From assembly GCF_009914755.1 (NCBI RefSeq), contig NC_060927.1: 64,000 bases of DNA; one strand, written 5' to 3'. Below, one piece after another: positions 39,640 through 51,520 of this stretch (the first letter of the stretch is position 1; each line of letters starts with the position of its first letter). Origin of the DNA: the human T2T-CHM13v2.0 reference genome, Homo sapiens. Both the position numbers and the translations under genes were made by a program. The notes below the pieces were generated by a model, which saw nothing but the letters and a program-made list of their open reading frames with translations, searched no databases and was not told the DNA's origin.

Positions 39640-40520
39640 AGATAACTACAAAAAAATAGAGTGTCTCAGACAGAAATATCAATAACTTTAATGCGTGCGA
39701 TTTGTTAACAGGGAAGAAAACAAGCAAACTTGCTCTCCGCTGACTGTCACTAATATTTATTCGTCCAGTGACTGTTAATCAAACCAAGTTTACAGTCCCG
39801 TACAGCACCTGTCACAGGTGCTGATCATTAATCAGCTATTACAGCAGTTTATTCTGCTGCTGACAACTCGCAATTTTCCACTGATTCAGCTAGTTTGTCA
39901 GGTGGGAATTATGGCATAGCGCATGTGACAAAACACATCACCCTTTTTTTTTGCATTTTCAGGCTTCTCTCTCCTGCTTTCTCCCCCTTTTTAGACAAAC
40001 AATATCTGGGAACTCAGAAGTAATAAGGCGGAATGCATAATTAATTACCCAGCTTGCTCTAATTAGGGATGAATAAGTTGTGTCCCTCTCATCATCACAA
40101 ATGTGGTGATGGGTAATACCAGTTTATGCTGTATTAACTGCAAATATGCAATCCTTCTGAGAGCACTTTTGTTGATGAATTTGATGAATGTGACAATAAT
40201 TAGCAGAGACAGATGAGAGCTAAATTACTACTGACAATGTAATGCTATCCTGCTCGAGGGCCTGGGAACGTGGCAGGATAACATGGCAGGGACCTGGGCC
40301 TCGTTTCTAATTAATAGTCTTTTTTTCTTTTTCTTTTTTTTTCTTTTTTCTTTTTTTTTCTTTCTTTTTTTTTTTTGCCAGTGGGGGAAAAAAGGAGTAA
40401 CGGTAATTGTTTTCCTCAAAGGCTGCAGGGAGTTATCAGGGTAATAAAGTTAATTAGCAGAACAAACATCCTTTCACTGCCTTACCAGTCTGAGGAAAAG
40501 AGGGTAATTCAGACTGCAGA
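39640..40520. promoter_or_regulatory. Candidate conserved non-coding element / developmental enhancer
   Basis: No recognisable TE. About 7 TGACA/TGTCA sites, about 5 TAATTA sites, a paired CACCTG/CAGGTG and more CpGs than the flanks. Conservation is inferred, not measured. Confidence 0.6.
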
Positions 40521-41873
40521 AAGATATGACTAGATGGGATGATAAGAAAAGAAATCTTACACAGGAGGCCAACAGAGAATGATTTTCTCCCTTCATTTAT
40601 TTGGCTTGATGCATGGAAAGAAATTAGACAGCCTCTTCCTTCAGGTCACAAAGTTGCTCATGTAAAGGACTTTATTGTTATGATTTTGAGTTTGGGAAAT
40701 AAAGTTAGCTTAGATAAACTCCACTGTTTACTTCTTTCTTTTCTAGGTAGTGATAGGTTTGTTCAATTTTATCTTTATTCAAGTGCATTTTCCTAATGTC
40801 CCAGACGTAGAAGTGAGTTCTAATATTTGCCAAAGAGAACATTTGGCTGCACTTTGACTTACAGAAATCTGTTTTGTTCTCTGAATCTTTTGGAAAAAGT
40901 AAGAAATTGTTCAGCAATTTCCACGAAGTAGTACTCTTTATTTTCCTGTGTAAATTTAAAAATCAAAATGAGATTTTTTTAAATGTATATAATCTAATTC
41001 TATTTTTGTAATCTCAAAAGTCATCTTTATTAAAATGTGGCAATATTGTCATTTCTGTCGTGGCATTGTAGATATATGAGTAATCAATCAAAAAGGTGAA
41101 TAGTTCAATGAATCTCAGTTTTACATATAGCTGTATTCAGTTTGGTCACATTGCTTAACATAAGTAGATTCAACATAATGGGAAAACATCCACCAGACAT
41201 TCTGAAGACTTTGCAAGTTTATTTTTTCCTATGAAGATCATAAGTGGTTGGCCCCCTTCAAACATCCTACATCTGAAATGACTGTTTAGTATGAAGTAAA
41301 TAACACTAGGATGAAAGCCTGAAGCTTTCTAAAATAATATCCACAAGGAGGTGTCTATGATTTTTACTCCTTTTAGGTACATTTCCAAAAATTTTCATTT
41401 TATGCTTCATAAATCATTACATATCTAAGTTCTACATATTTACCATGCATATAAATGTGCACACATTCATTTATTGTTAGAGCTAAATGAAACACCTTTC
41501 ACATGACTGTGTGTTTAATTCTAAGTTAAGAACATAAGGAGTTAAGTGGTGAATTTCTACTTCTGTGTTTGACAGTATGGCACCAGGCTGACTTTTCAAC
41601 AGAATCCTATATGGATAGACTTCCATGAAAAATGGGTGAAACTTCTAACAAAATGGCCTTTATTCCTAATATCCACATTACTAAAGTACTGTACTAGTCC
41701 CTAAGGACAAAAGTAGTATAGAGGACATAACACTGAACTGACTGAGTTGTTTACTGGCTGTGCTACCACATGTGTATGACTTGCATTGTCCTGTCATGTC
41801 CCTTATCGTTGATTTGCTCATCTATAAAACTGGTTACCCTGCCCTGCCAACCTCATAGGATTGCTATCGAGCA

Positions 41874-41874
41874 T

Positions 41875-41906
<32 letters not shown>

Positions 41907-41950
41907 ACACACACACACACTCTGTCTCTCTCTCTCTCTCTCTCTCTCTT
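41874..41950 (+). repeat. (AC)n(TC)n microsatellite after a MIR fragment
   Basis: Seen directly. Confidence 0.95.
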
Positions 41951-44794
41951 TTAGATTGCTATGTTTTACCTTGTATCCTTAGCAGCATTTTTAATTTTTT
42001 GCCATATAATCAAACTTTACCTTTACGTAGAACTAAAAGAAGCATTCCATGCTACTTTCCAACAACGTGTAACATTTTAAAACAAGTTCACTTACCAAAA
42101 GGGAGACAAACTGAAAGAAGTAACACAAAAATACAAATGCAAAATTGCTTTTTTCTAGAAATGGTCTAAAATTTTTATTGTGAGAGAAAGAATAACAGGG
42201 AACACATTTGTTTGTTTCCTTTGGGACCTAAGACAAACGTATTGAATATTCTGGTACTTTCCCCTCTAGCCACTACTTCCTTCATTGGACTGCAAGGTAT
42301 TTCTGTTTGGAAAAGTAATGGAGTCCAGTCAACTTCATTGATCGCCAAGGACTGTCAAAATTATAAAACTTGCTGTGGAGCTCTGACATGCCAGAAGCCG
42401 CTAGAAAAAGAAGTTTGACATTCAGAAACTTATCAAGAGGTTCTACTCTTTGGATAGAGACCAAAATCATACTTTGAAGTAAGTAGTAATTTCCAATATT
42501 AGCCCATTGGGTGAGCTAAAAATGCCTTAGTTAGATTTGCCAGAATTAGAGATTACATTTGTTAGAATTAGGGGTTCACTAATTAGATGCCCTAGGCACT
42601 AGCCATATGTACTATTGGTATTATTATGAATCTTTAGGAATTTAATTCTTTCTTTGCCTTTTTTACTCTGAATTCCTAAATCATTGTTTGAAAGAGTATT
42701 TTGACCAATGCCCAGTTTATAAGGGTTCTGGGGCATTTTTGCTTCTTGTATGAGTTCAGTGGAGTGTTAGTTGGCTAACTAATTACAAGGGACTAAAAAT
42801 AAACCATGGTTTATTATTTTCCAATTTTGAATTACAAAATTATTTAAATGTCTGTAATCGAAGTGCTACATTACTATGTAATGAAATTACAATACAGCTT
42901 AATGATATTAGGAAACTGCATGCAAAAAAATATTTGTACACAAGGTGGTGATGTTAGCAACCAACTACAGTACTTTTATTCTGCTAAAAAACACAATAAA
43001 TAACAACAGATTACTTTCCCCAAGTGATCCCCAAAGGGCATCTTTAGTTGTTCATATAATGATAGCATGTAAGGGCACAGAGCCACATGGAAAACCTGTC
43101 AGCATATGTCATTAGAGTAGCAGAGAAAAAAGAGAAAAAGGACAAATCACAAAATAGAGAATAACTGCTAAAGAGTAAAATTATGTTTACAAGTAGTAAA
43201 GATTCAAGAATTCAGCCCTTAATACATAAGTTTCCATTGACTCCTATTTAGATATATATGTCCAAGGAGTTACATTCTAAGTGTAAAATTGTCTCTGTAG
43301 CTCTAATAAAATATACCTACTTTCCAGACAGCTTTCCGTCTGAAAACTTTTGCCTCCCAAGCTTCCCCCTGCCTTTACAGTTAAGTTTCCTGATTCCAAT
43401 CCTAACTACAACCTTGGTCCACTGAGGACAATATCTTTCCCTCTATTCATGTTCCTTGTGCACAAATTCAAGTTTTTATGTTTCTATTAGTATAATTCAG
43501 AGCAATTAAAAATTGAAGCTGCAAAAATAAGTCACAAACATTATTTCTCATGAAATATTTGACCTTATCAATTCTAAAATATAAATTAATACAAGCTAAC
43601 ATTAAAACCAGCTCATATTTCTTGTAAAGTGGTACATTAATAATGACCTCTCAGGCATAATTAATTAATTTTATTATATTTATCCCTAAAATTCACATAT
43701 TTGTTATAGTGACATGTATTTATTCTCAGATACTTTTTTAAAGTAAATGATGTCATCAGCAGGAACACAGAACTTGTTGGCTGCAAGATAGAAAGCATAT
43801 ATGCCATGAACCAAAAAGGTAGGAAGGTGTATTTTCAATTTTAAGGTTCTTCTCCTAAGATGAAAAGAGCTGCAACTGTTTTTGCAAGTAAGAAAGCAAA
43901 ATATCTGTTCTTGAATTATCTAAGGATGAGTCAGAAACTTAAAGCCGAAGAAAAGTAATAAATAATGACAACAGATGTTTGTAAACGTGTGCTCCCCTGT
44001 TCAGTGTTTGTATGTGTTGTTTTGCCTTGATGTGCTGTCAGCAGCCTCTCACCTGGGAGTAGTGATATCTTATCAAAGCCCAAACAGTTCCTCTTCACAA
44101 CAGACAGATAATAGTCCCTTTCAATTTATCATACTGGAAGTCTAAAAGAACCATGGGAACGACTGGTCAGGTGACAGCTTGATGGACAGTTTGACACCCC
44201 TTAAAGCATCATGGGAAATGGTTGTCACCTGATTTTCAGAGCGACCAGGGAGATAACCTTCAGAATGATGAGGGAAACAAAAATCTGAATATGTGTATAA
44301 GATCCAGTGCCAGCATCAGTGCTCACTTAAGTGATAATAAGTATGAATTTAGATGACTCAAAATGTTGTTATCAAACCTGAGGGGTTTTCCAAGTCCAGA
44401 AGTGCCCATCATCTCTTTAGATGCCTTTTATATTTTTATTCAAATGTCATTTCAAAAATATATACATAATATAAGGCTTTCATTTTAAAGAGACACAATC
44501 AAACATACTAAATATTTAACCACATGTTAAATATATTAGCTGACCACTAATATTCTCCAGATTTCAAGTCTGCTTTCCTTTTGACAAACTCCTCGTATAC
44601 CATATCCTAAATATAGTCTGCATACCGCAGTTCTAATTAAGAAGGCTATTATAAAAAAAATCATATAGATCAAATTTTACAGGCGGGACTAACTCAGACT
44701 CATGAAGATCGGTGTAGTGTTAGTGCAAAAAAAAAAAAAAAACAAAATGAAATCAATTTGAAGATCTCAGGCACAAAAACCTTTGAATCTATAT

Positions 44795-44940
44795 TAATTC
44801 ACTCATGCAGCCAACAAACATAAATTGAACACTTACTACATGCAAGGGTCTCTGCTGGACATATAAAGATGAGAAAAATAAAAGCCCAGTTTTCAACAGC
44901 TCACAGTTTGTGAGTGAGGATAGACAGTTTTAAATGATAG
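44795..44940 (-). mobile_element. L2 3' end
   Basis: attcactcatgcagccaacaaacataaattgaacacttactacatgcaagg. Confidence 0.7.
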
Positions 44941-47463
44941 TAGATGGCAAAAGAAATCATCAGTCTAAATCCACTGCCTTTTAGTTGGTGAGGCTTACAC
45001 ACAATTGCTGACAACAGTGTCCCTTCCATATTTTCTCTTGTATATTGTATATGCAGTTTACAATGGTTTTGTGGTCTGACCTAAAGACATACTCCCTGGA
45101 AATTGGGATTCCAAAGGGAAAAAAAAATAAGGATTCGGTGTTTATACATTTATTGAGTGCACTCCAACTTTGAAGAATGATTTCAGAAACGGTAAGGAAG
45201 TAAAGAGACTTGAGATGAAGTTCCCACAATTGAGTAGGACCCTAAACCTCACAAACTGTCTGTTCCTTAGGTATTTGAGCTACTTTTTTTTTCAGAGCAG
45301 ACACTCAAAAACTTAATTGTAAAATTATATCTCATATACAGAAAATCTAGAATAATACAAAACACTCCTTTATAAACTTATTTCAAAATTTATTAATCAT
45401 TAAGATTTTGCCACATTTGTTTTTATCATTCCTGTTCTCTCTCTCCTTCTTTCCTTCCTTTATCCCCATTTAGCTATCTATATATTTTTCAGTAATGTTA
45501 ATAGGAAGAAATGAAAATAGATTTGTGTCTGATTCATCTATATACTTCTTCACAAAGCCTGCCAACTGCCTTGTATATATGTAATAAATATTTATGAATG
45601 AATGAATGATGAATAATATTCAACCTAGATCTTGTCTTTGATCTTTTAGATTTGTGTTTGTACATAAATATAAAATGTACTTATTATTTTTCTAAACATA
45701 TGTAATCTTTCATAAAATACTAATCTACCCCCCAAAACTATGTCCGATCAATGGGTCTAATAAACAAACAACAAATTTTTTTTTTAATGCAGCAGGAATG
45801 TCAAGTGACTTTCCAAAGAAAGTAAAAGATAAAAGCTTAGGTGCTGCTGGATCTTTGTCCTGCTCTGGGACAACTATAGATGCTGGACAAAAAAAAACCA
45901 GGGATTTAAAACAGAAACTATCTTTCAGAAAAACACTCTAGTGCCATTGTTGAAATTGGTACCATTTGGCTGCTTGACACTTTTGGGATAACACTCTGCT
46001 TTCACAAATTTTGATGCTTTGGACTCACATTCCAACATGATTTTTCAAATCTAGTTGTGCGAAAGCCAGACAAGCCAGACAAATAGTGAGAGCACCCTCC
46101 GTGTTTTCCAGGGAACTGAAAAAGAGCCAGTAAATAATTTAAATAACTCTTACCAACAGAATATTCTACATGTAATTTTTCACACGAAGACACATTATTT
46201 GGAAAAATATGAATCTGAAGTTTGCAAATGAAAAACAAAATGCTTTTAAGTACCATATGCAAATTTAAATACTTGGAGAGTGATAAAAACACATTGTGCT
46301 TATTTCAAATTGGGAGGGCAAGATGTGGGAGGGAGATGTGTCATAATTGATACATGGACAAGGTCCAAGATGCTACAGAACAACTGAATTCAGAATCATT
46401 TCTGAATCAGAGCTGTGGTTTAAAATGCTTTTCCTTTCCTTGTTGAAATAAACCCATGGAACATCAAGTTACGACAAGTCCCAGATGTAGTCCCTAGTTC
46501 ACCTGATATGAATTAAGTTTCATTGTTAACAACTAATGTCCTTATTTAAGCCAACGAAATAAGCTAAATATAAAGCCAGTACCAAGCCTCATAACGTGTT
46601 TCATAATAATGCCAAAATCTGTGGTCTGGAAACTTAGAATAAATACTAAATGTGAAATTTTCAATCAGACACACATTTTCTCAGAAAAAAAAATCAGACA
46701 AAAAATTCCACAAAAAGAAAAAAAAAAGATTTATTAGTTAATTCATAAAACCATATGACTTGAAAATATTACATGCACTTTTCCATTATACATTTCAAAA
46801 TATAAGGTCAGCTTGACTGTTAAGCAGCATTTTGGAGGTCAGAAAAGTCTTACATTATTGGCTAGTGTAAGTTATATGAATTGCGGACTTTTTAAGCACC
46901 ATGTGTACTTAGAGTGTATAAAGTTGGGGATCTTTTGATTCAAAGCATGTAAGTTCCACTGTTTAGATTCTTCCACTAAGGTATAACAGAGTCTCCGTGT
47001 GAGACACAAAGGAAACCATGTGTCTTGTGACTCAGATTAGGGTTTTTAAGTTATTTATATAACCTCTCTTCTGTCAAGGCATGTACACTGTGCTTCAAAT
47101 GTGGGAAATTCTGGATTCATTTCTCTTATTTTTCTGATTGCATCTTTCCAAATTTGGTAAGTCTTGGTATTCTAAATGCGAAAAGCTTTTCATTAGGTAC
47201 CTTATTTTATATAAACTTTTTTGTCATTTAATCACTTTTAATGATTAAACAACATGTAGCTTACACAATTAGAAAATGGTTTTAAGGTTTCAAAATCCTC
47301 TGAACTTGTCGTATTTATTCTGTACCTTTCTAGTAAACTGGAGGCTTGTCAGAGTAGTGAATAAATGAGTATGCTGTTTTCTTTAAAAAAAGATATTTAG
47401 AAATCCATCTGATTTCCTCAGTGCCTAAAAGTAACCATTAAGAACCATTAAGAATTATACCTG

Positions 47464-47580
47464 AGGCTTAATACCTAGGTGATGAAATAATCTGCACAAC
47501 AAACTCCTGTGACACAACTTTACCTGTATAACAAATCTGCACATGTACCCAGAAACCTAAAATAAACGTTTTTAAAAAAG
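47464..47580 (+). mobile_element. Old L1PA 3' terminal fragment
   Basis: aggcttaatacctaggtgatgaaataatctgcacaacaaac...cctaaaataaacg. Confidence 0.85.
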
Positions 47581-49054
47581 ACTGTTACCCTGTTGTTACA
47601 GCTTTTATGACTTCTTTACCGCTAAAAATGTTTAATTTTTGTCATAAAAATATGAAAATTGAGAAAAACAGGGGGCTATGGCAGGATATCTCACTAATAC
47701 TATTTTAAACATTTGCTATTACATTATTTAAGCTACATGTTTAAATTTATAAGCCCCTGTTTTGAGTGCAGAAAGGGGATTCTAGCTTTTTATCCAATTT
47801 CTCCTCAGAGTTCTGATTTGTAATTATTCAGAGATTTATGATAAAATTTCTGAACTTCATATATGCTGAATTATCATAGGATTATCAAAAAATAGCACCT
47901 TACATGGTTCAACTTTCACTTGTACTAATTCATTGTCATACATTACTCTTTTGAAGGATGTGAAAGGGAAAAAAAACAAAGTTAGGTTTACAGTAATTCT
48001 TAGAATCCAAGTAGCGTTAGTACCTACATTAGCACATTTTTTTTCTAGACCGTTCAACTATAATGAAAACTCAAAGTGGAAAGTGAAATTATGCCCAACC
48101 AAGTGACTATTTTGTGTGCATTACATCAAATAAACAGTTTGACTTTTTCCACTGAGTATGCTTAACTGACAGTTGTTTTGGAATTTTACAGGCACAGCCA
48201 TAGTGTTTTTACAATCAAGCTGTGCTTCCCATTATCTGTTATATATGGCACTTTAAACTCTCCACTTTCTTTGTAGCCTTATAGTTAGCAAAGAACAAAT
48301 GAACGTCACTAATGTCATTACATTCCACCCTTGTAATGTTCTTTATCTGTCATCTTTGAAAATTCCTCTCACCTCCTCTTTTGTCAGCCAAAAAGATTTA
48401 ATTTGTTCTTATTTCTTCCTCTTCACCATCTTAGGAAAGTTACTTAAAGTTCTCTGAGACTCAGTTTCCTCATTTATAAAGTTGAAATAACTATACATAC
48501 TTCGATTTGTTAGGAAGATTGAAGATTACTATAAGTAACTGCATAGTACATACTGTGACACAGTCTGCTCTCCATAAGAGGTCATTCCCTCATTTTGATT
48601 AATATTGAAATTCTTATTGACTGACTTGTATCAAAAGACACATTATTCAATGTCTTAAACAAACGTCTTTTCTCAATTGTACTGAAGCCAAGGTGTCATC
48701 AGCAGGTACTAATATTTCTTCCGGATCTATTCATTAAAAAGGACTGAACACAAACATAATCCTGAATCATAAGACTGAACATTGCCAATGCTCAGAAAGC
48801 AGAATCCTCCCCAAAGACAAAAAAAAAAAAAAAAAAAAGAAAGAAAGATTTTTTGCCCACCTTATTTTAAAAGACCAATGAAAATCTTCACTTAAGACGT
48901 TTCACCTACAATTCCATGAAGCAGTAGTAGAAGAACATTTGGATTATGTTGTCCGAGACATTTATATGGATATCCGAAAACTTCAAAAGATAGTCAAGGT
49001 ATTATTAACATTTTGTTACTATGACATCAAGGAGGAAACTGTCACAAAACGGTA

Positions 49055-49255
49055 ACAACACAACAAATGCTTATTCAGTGCCAGGTATTGTGCTCAAGAA
49101 TTTGACATGGATTATTGTATTTAATCCTCACAACCCTACTGAGGTTGGTATTACTATTAATGTTATTTTATTGTCATTTTACAGATGAGAAATATAGTCA
49201 CGGTTAGGGCTAGCAGCATGGTCAAGCATGGACGTGAGTGTTGGGGCTGAAAATG
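49055..49255 (-). mobile_element. MIR
   Basis: gtgccaggtattgtgctc...tttaatcctcacaaccct...cattttacagatgagaaa. Confidence 0.82.
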
Positions 49256-49391
49256 GAAGTGATCTACACAAAACCCATTATGCTCATTTGGACATGAGCT
49301 TAAAAAATAAGTCTATTTTTTTTTCTTAAAGAAAAAGATATTCTTAAAGAAAAAAGGGTAGAAAAAATAACATGCAAAATTTTGGCTAAAG

Positions 49392-49626
49392 AAGAGGAAT
49401 AAGTTAAAAAGATCTGTTTTATAACATGGTGACTATAGTGAATAATGTTTTATATGACTGAAAACTGCTAAGAGAGTAGGTTTTAGGTGTTCACAACACG
49501 AAAAAGTGTTAAGTATGTGAGGTAATACATATGTTAATTCGCTTAATTTAGCCATCCCACAATGTGTACATATATCAAAACATCACGTTGTACACCAAAC
49601 AATATTGGCAATTAAAAAACAAATTT
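49392..49626 (+). mobile_element. L1MA-type 3' UTR fragment
   Basis: aacatggtgactatagtgaataat...aactgctaagagagtag...aagtatgtgaggtaatacatatgttaatt. Confidence 0.85.
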
Positions 49627-49638
49627 AAAAATCTAATT

Positions 49639-50110
49639 CAAGTTGTGAGTAAATTCTCTTTTAAAATTCACCTGATTATTAAATAAGTTAAAGTTTATTT
49701 TTAAAAGCTGACAACTTTTTATGAATCTTCGAGTACAGAGTTCCTAACAGTGTAACTCAGATATTAATGGGTTGTGTATTAAATGGTTTTATTTTCAGTT
49801 TTGCAGCACAGAAAACTGTTGAAATACCCATATCAACTTGATTTTTTTAACCTAATTCAGGTGTCCTTTGACATATCTTAAACGTTGGGGGTAGGGGTCA
49901 GAGCCAGTTATCCGGCTTCTATTTTTGTCGATTGCTTAGATTTGTTCCTGTAGTCAAAACTGTTGCCCCCAAAATTGGTGTGACACGTGCTCATGCATAA
50001 AATGTTAAAATGAGTACATCCTTGTATTTGTATTTGTTTTCAACATCGCCAACGTGCTATGGGAAATTAAAGTAACAAAATTAAAAAAAATAAAATTATT
50101 AAAAAGCCAA
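49639..50110 (+). pseudogene. 5'-truncated processed retrocopy of an mRNA 3' UTR
   Basis: Non-TE, UTR-like sequence with AATAAA at 50089-50094 and a short A tail. Perfect 12-bp TSD aaaaatctaatt (49627-49638, 50111-50122) at a TT/AAAA L1 endonuclease site. Parent gene not confirmed. Confidence 0.8.
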
Positions 50111-50149
50111 AAAAATCTAATTGTAAATATTTAAAGCATTTATTTAAAC

Positions 50150-51520
50150 CAGTGGTTCTCAATTTTTTTGGCCTTAGAACTCTTAGAAACATCTTTAAAA
50201 TTACTGAAGACCTCAAAGAGCTTTTGTCTATGTGGGTTATGTTTAGCAATAGTTATCATATTAAAAATTAAAACTGAGAAACTTCTAAAACAGTTAACAT
50301 TTTATTTTAAAATTACAATTTAAAAACCCATTTCATGTTAACATAAATACTATATATTTTAAAATAACTATAATTGTTTCTTGAGAAAAGTGGCATTATT
50401 TTACGTTTTTTCAAATCTCTGTAATATGTGGTATAACAGAAGACAGTTAAATGTGCATACCTGCTTTGCAATTCATCTATTGTGATATGTTATTTTGAAG
50501 TCTATTTTTTAAAAACTAACCTCATACAAATGTGGGTGGAAAAAGAGGAATATTTTAATAGCCACTTCAGATAATTATGTCTATTATTTATTGATACACC
50601 ACCGAAACTTTACAAACATGGTTTTTAAAGGTTAGTTTCAAAGTGGAGTTTGAAACAATATCAACAAAATTTTTATTTTTTTTTAAATTTCTATTTTAGA
50701 GCTTGGACCACAGGCACATGCCACCACAACTGCTAATTAAAAAAAAAAAAATTGTAGAGACAGGGTCTTGCTATGTTGCCTAGGTCTTGAACTCCTAGCC
50801 TCAAGGTATCCTCCTGCCTCAGCCTCCCAAAGTGTTGGGATTATAGGTGTAAGCCACCACTTTTGGCCTGAAATTCCTATACACTGTATTTTAACACCGT
50901 TAGTTTATTTGGCACTTAGAATGGATCTTTTATATACCGATGATTTTGAAGTATTACATGTTAGACACATTTGGAAAATATCTGTTCACTTCAAATCTTC
51001 CACATATTAATACATTTTATTATGCCGTATTTAAAAATTAAACCACATTGGTTAATACCATCACTGGTTTTATTATGAAGTCTGCTCGTGACTCAAAAAT
51101 TGCACCAGTGCTTTCCTTGAGATAGCCATCTGACTTCAATATACACAAGTGCTTTATGCAGATTTCCCATTTTGTCAAACAGAATGTTAAAAATATGCCC
51201 TTGAGAGTCAAGGTTTAATAAAATTAATGACTTTTACTGTTTTATCAAGAACATTCCTAAAGTGAAACTGGCTATTTATTATTTTAGTGTAAGTGTGTGG
51301 AAGTGAAGAATACACTGACTAGTAGTATAGCTTAGTGCCAGTACCTTAAGTTCATGAGTAGTTTTATCCATTATTGCTTGTGCACCATCAGTGCAAAGTG
51401 CCAACACAGTAAAAAAAAAAAAAAGCAAGTAACATTTTAATATCGTTATAAAAGTAAATTTGACTTTGTAGACCCCCTGAAAGGGCGTCAAGGATCTGTA
51501 GAGCCCTTTCCGAACCGTTG
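50150..51520 (-). mobile_element. Charlie1a-like hAT transposon
   Basis: TIR cagtggttctcaa; 8-bp TSD atttaaac/atttaagg. ORF 51279..51548(-) has LCTDGAQAIM and CILH, hAT transposase motifs. Confidence 0.9.
50670..50868 (-). mobile_element. AluJ with most of the right arm missing, nested in Charlie1a
   Basis: The tail joins directly to gcttggaccacaggcacatgccacc; the left arm is intact. Confidence 0.85.
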
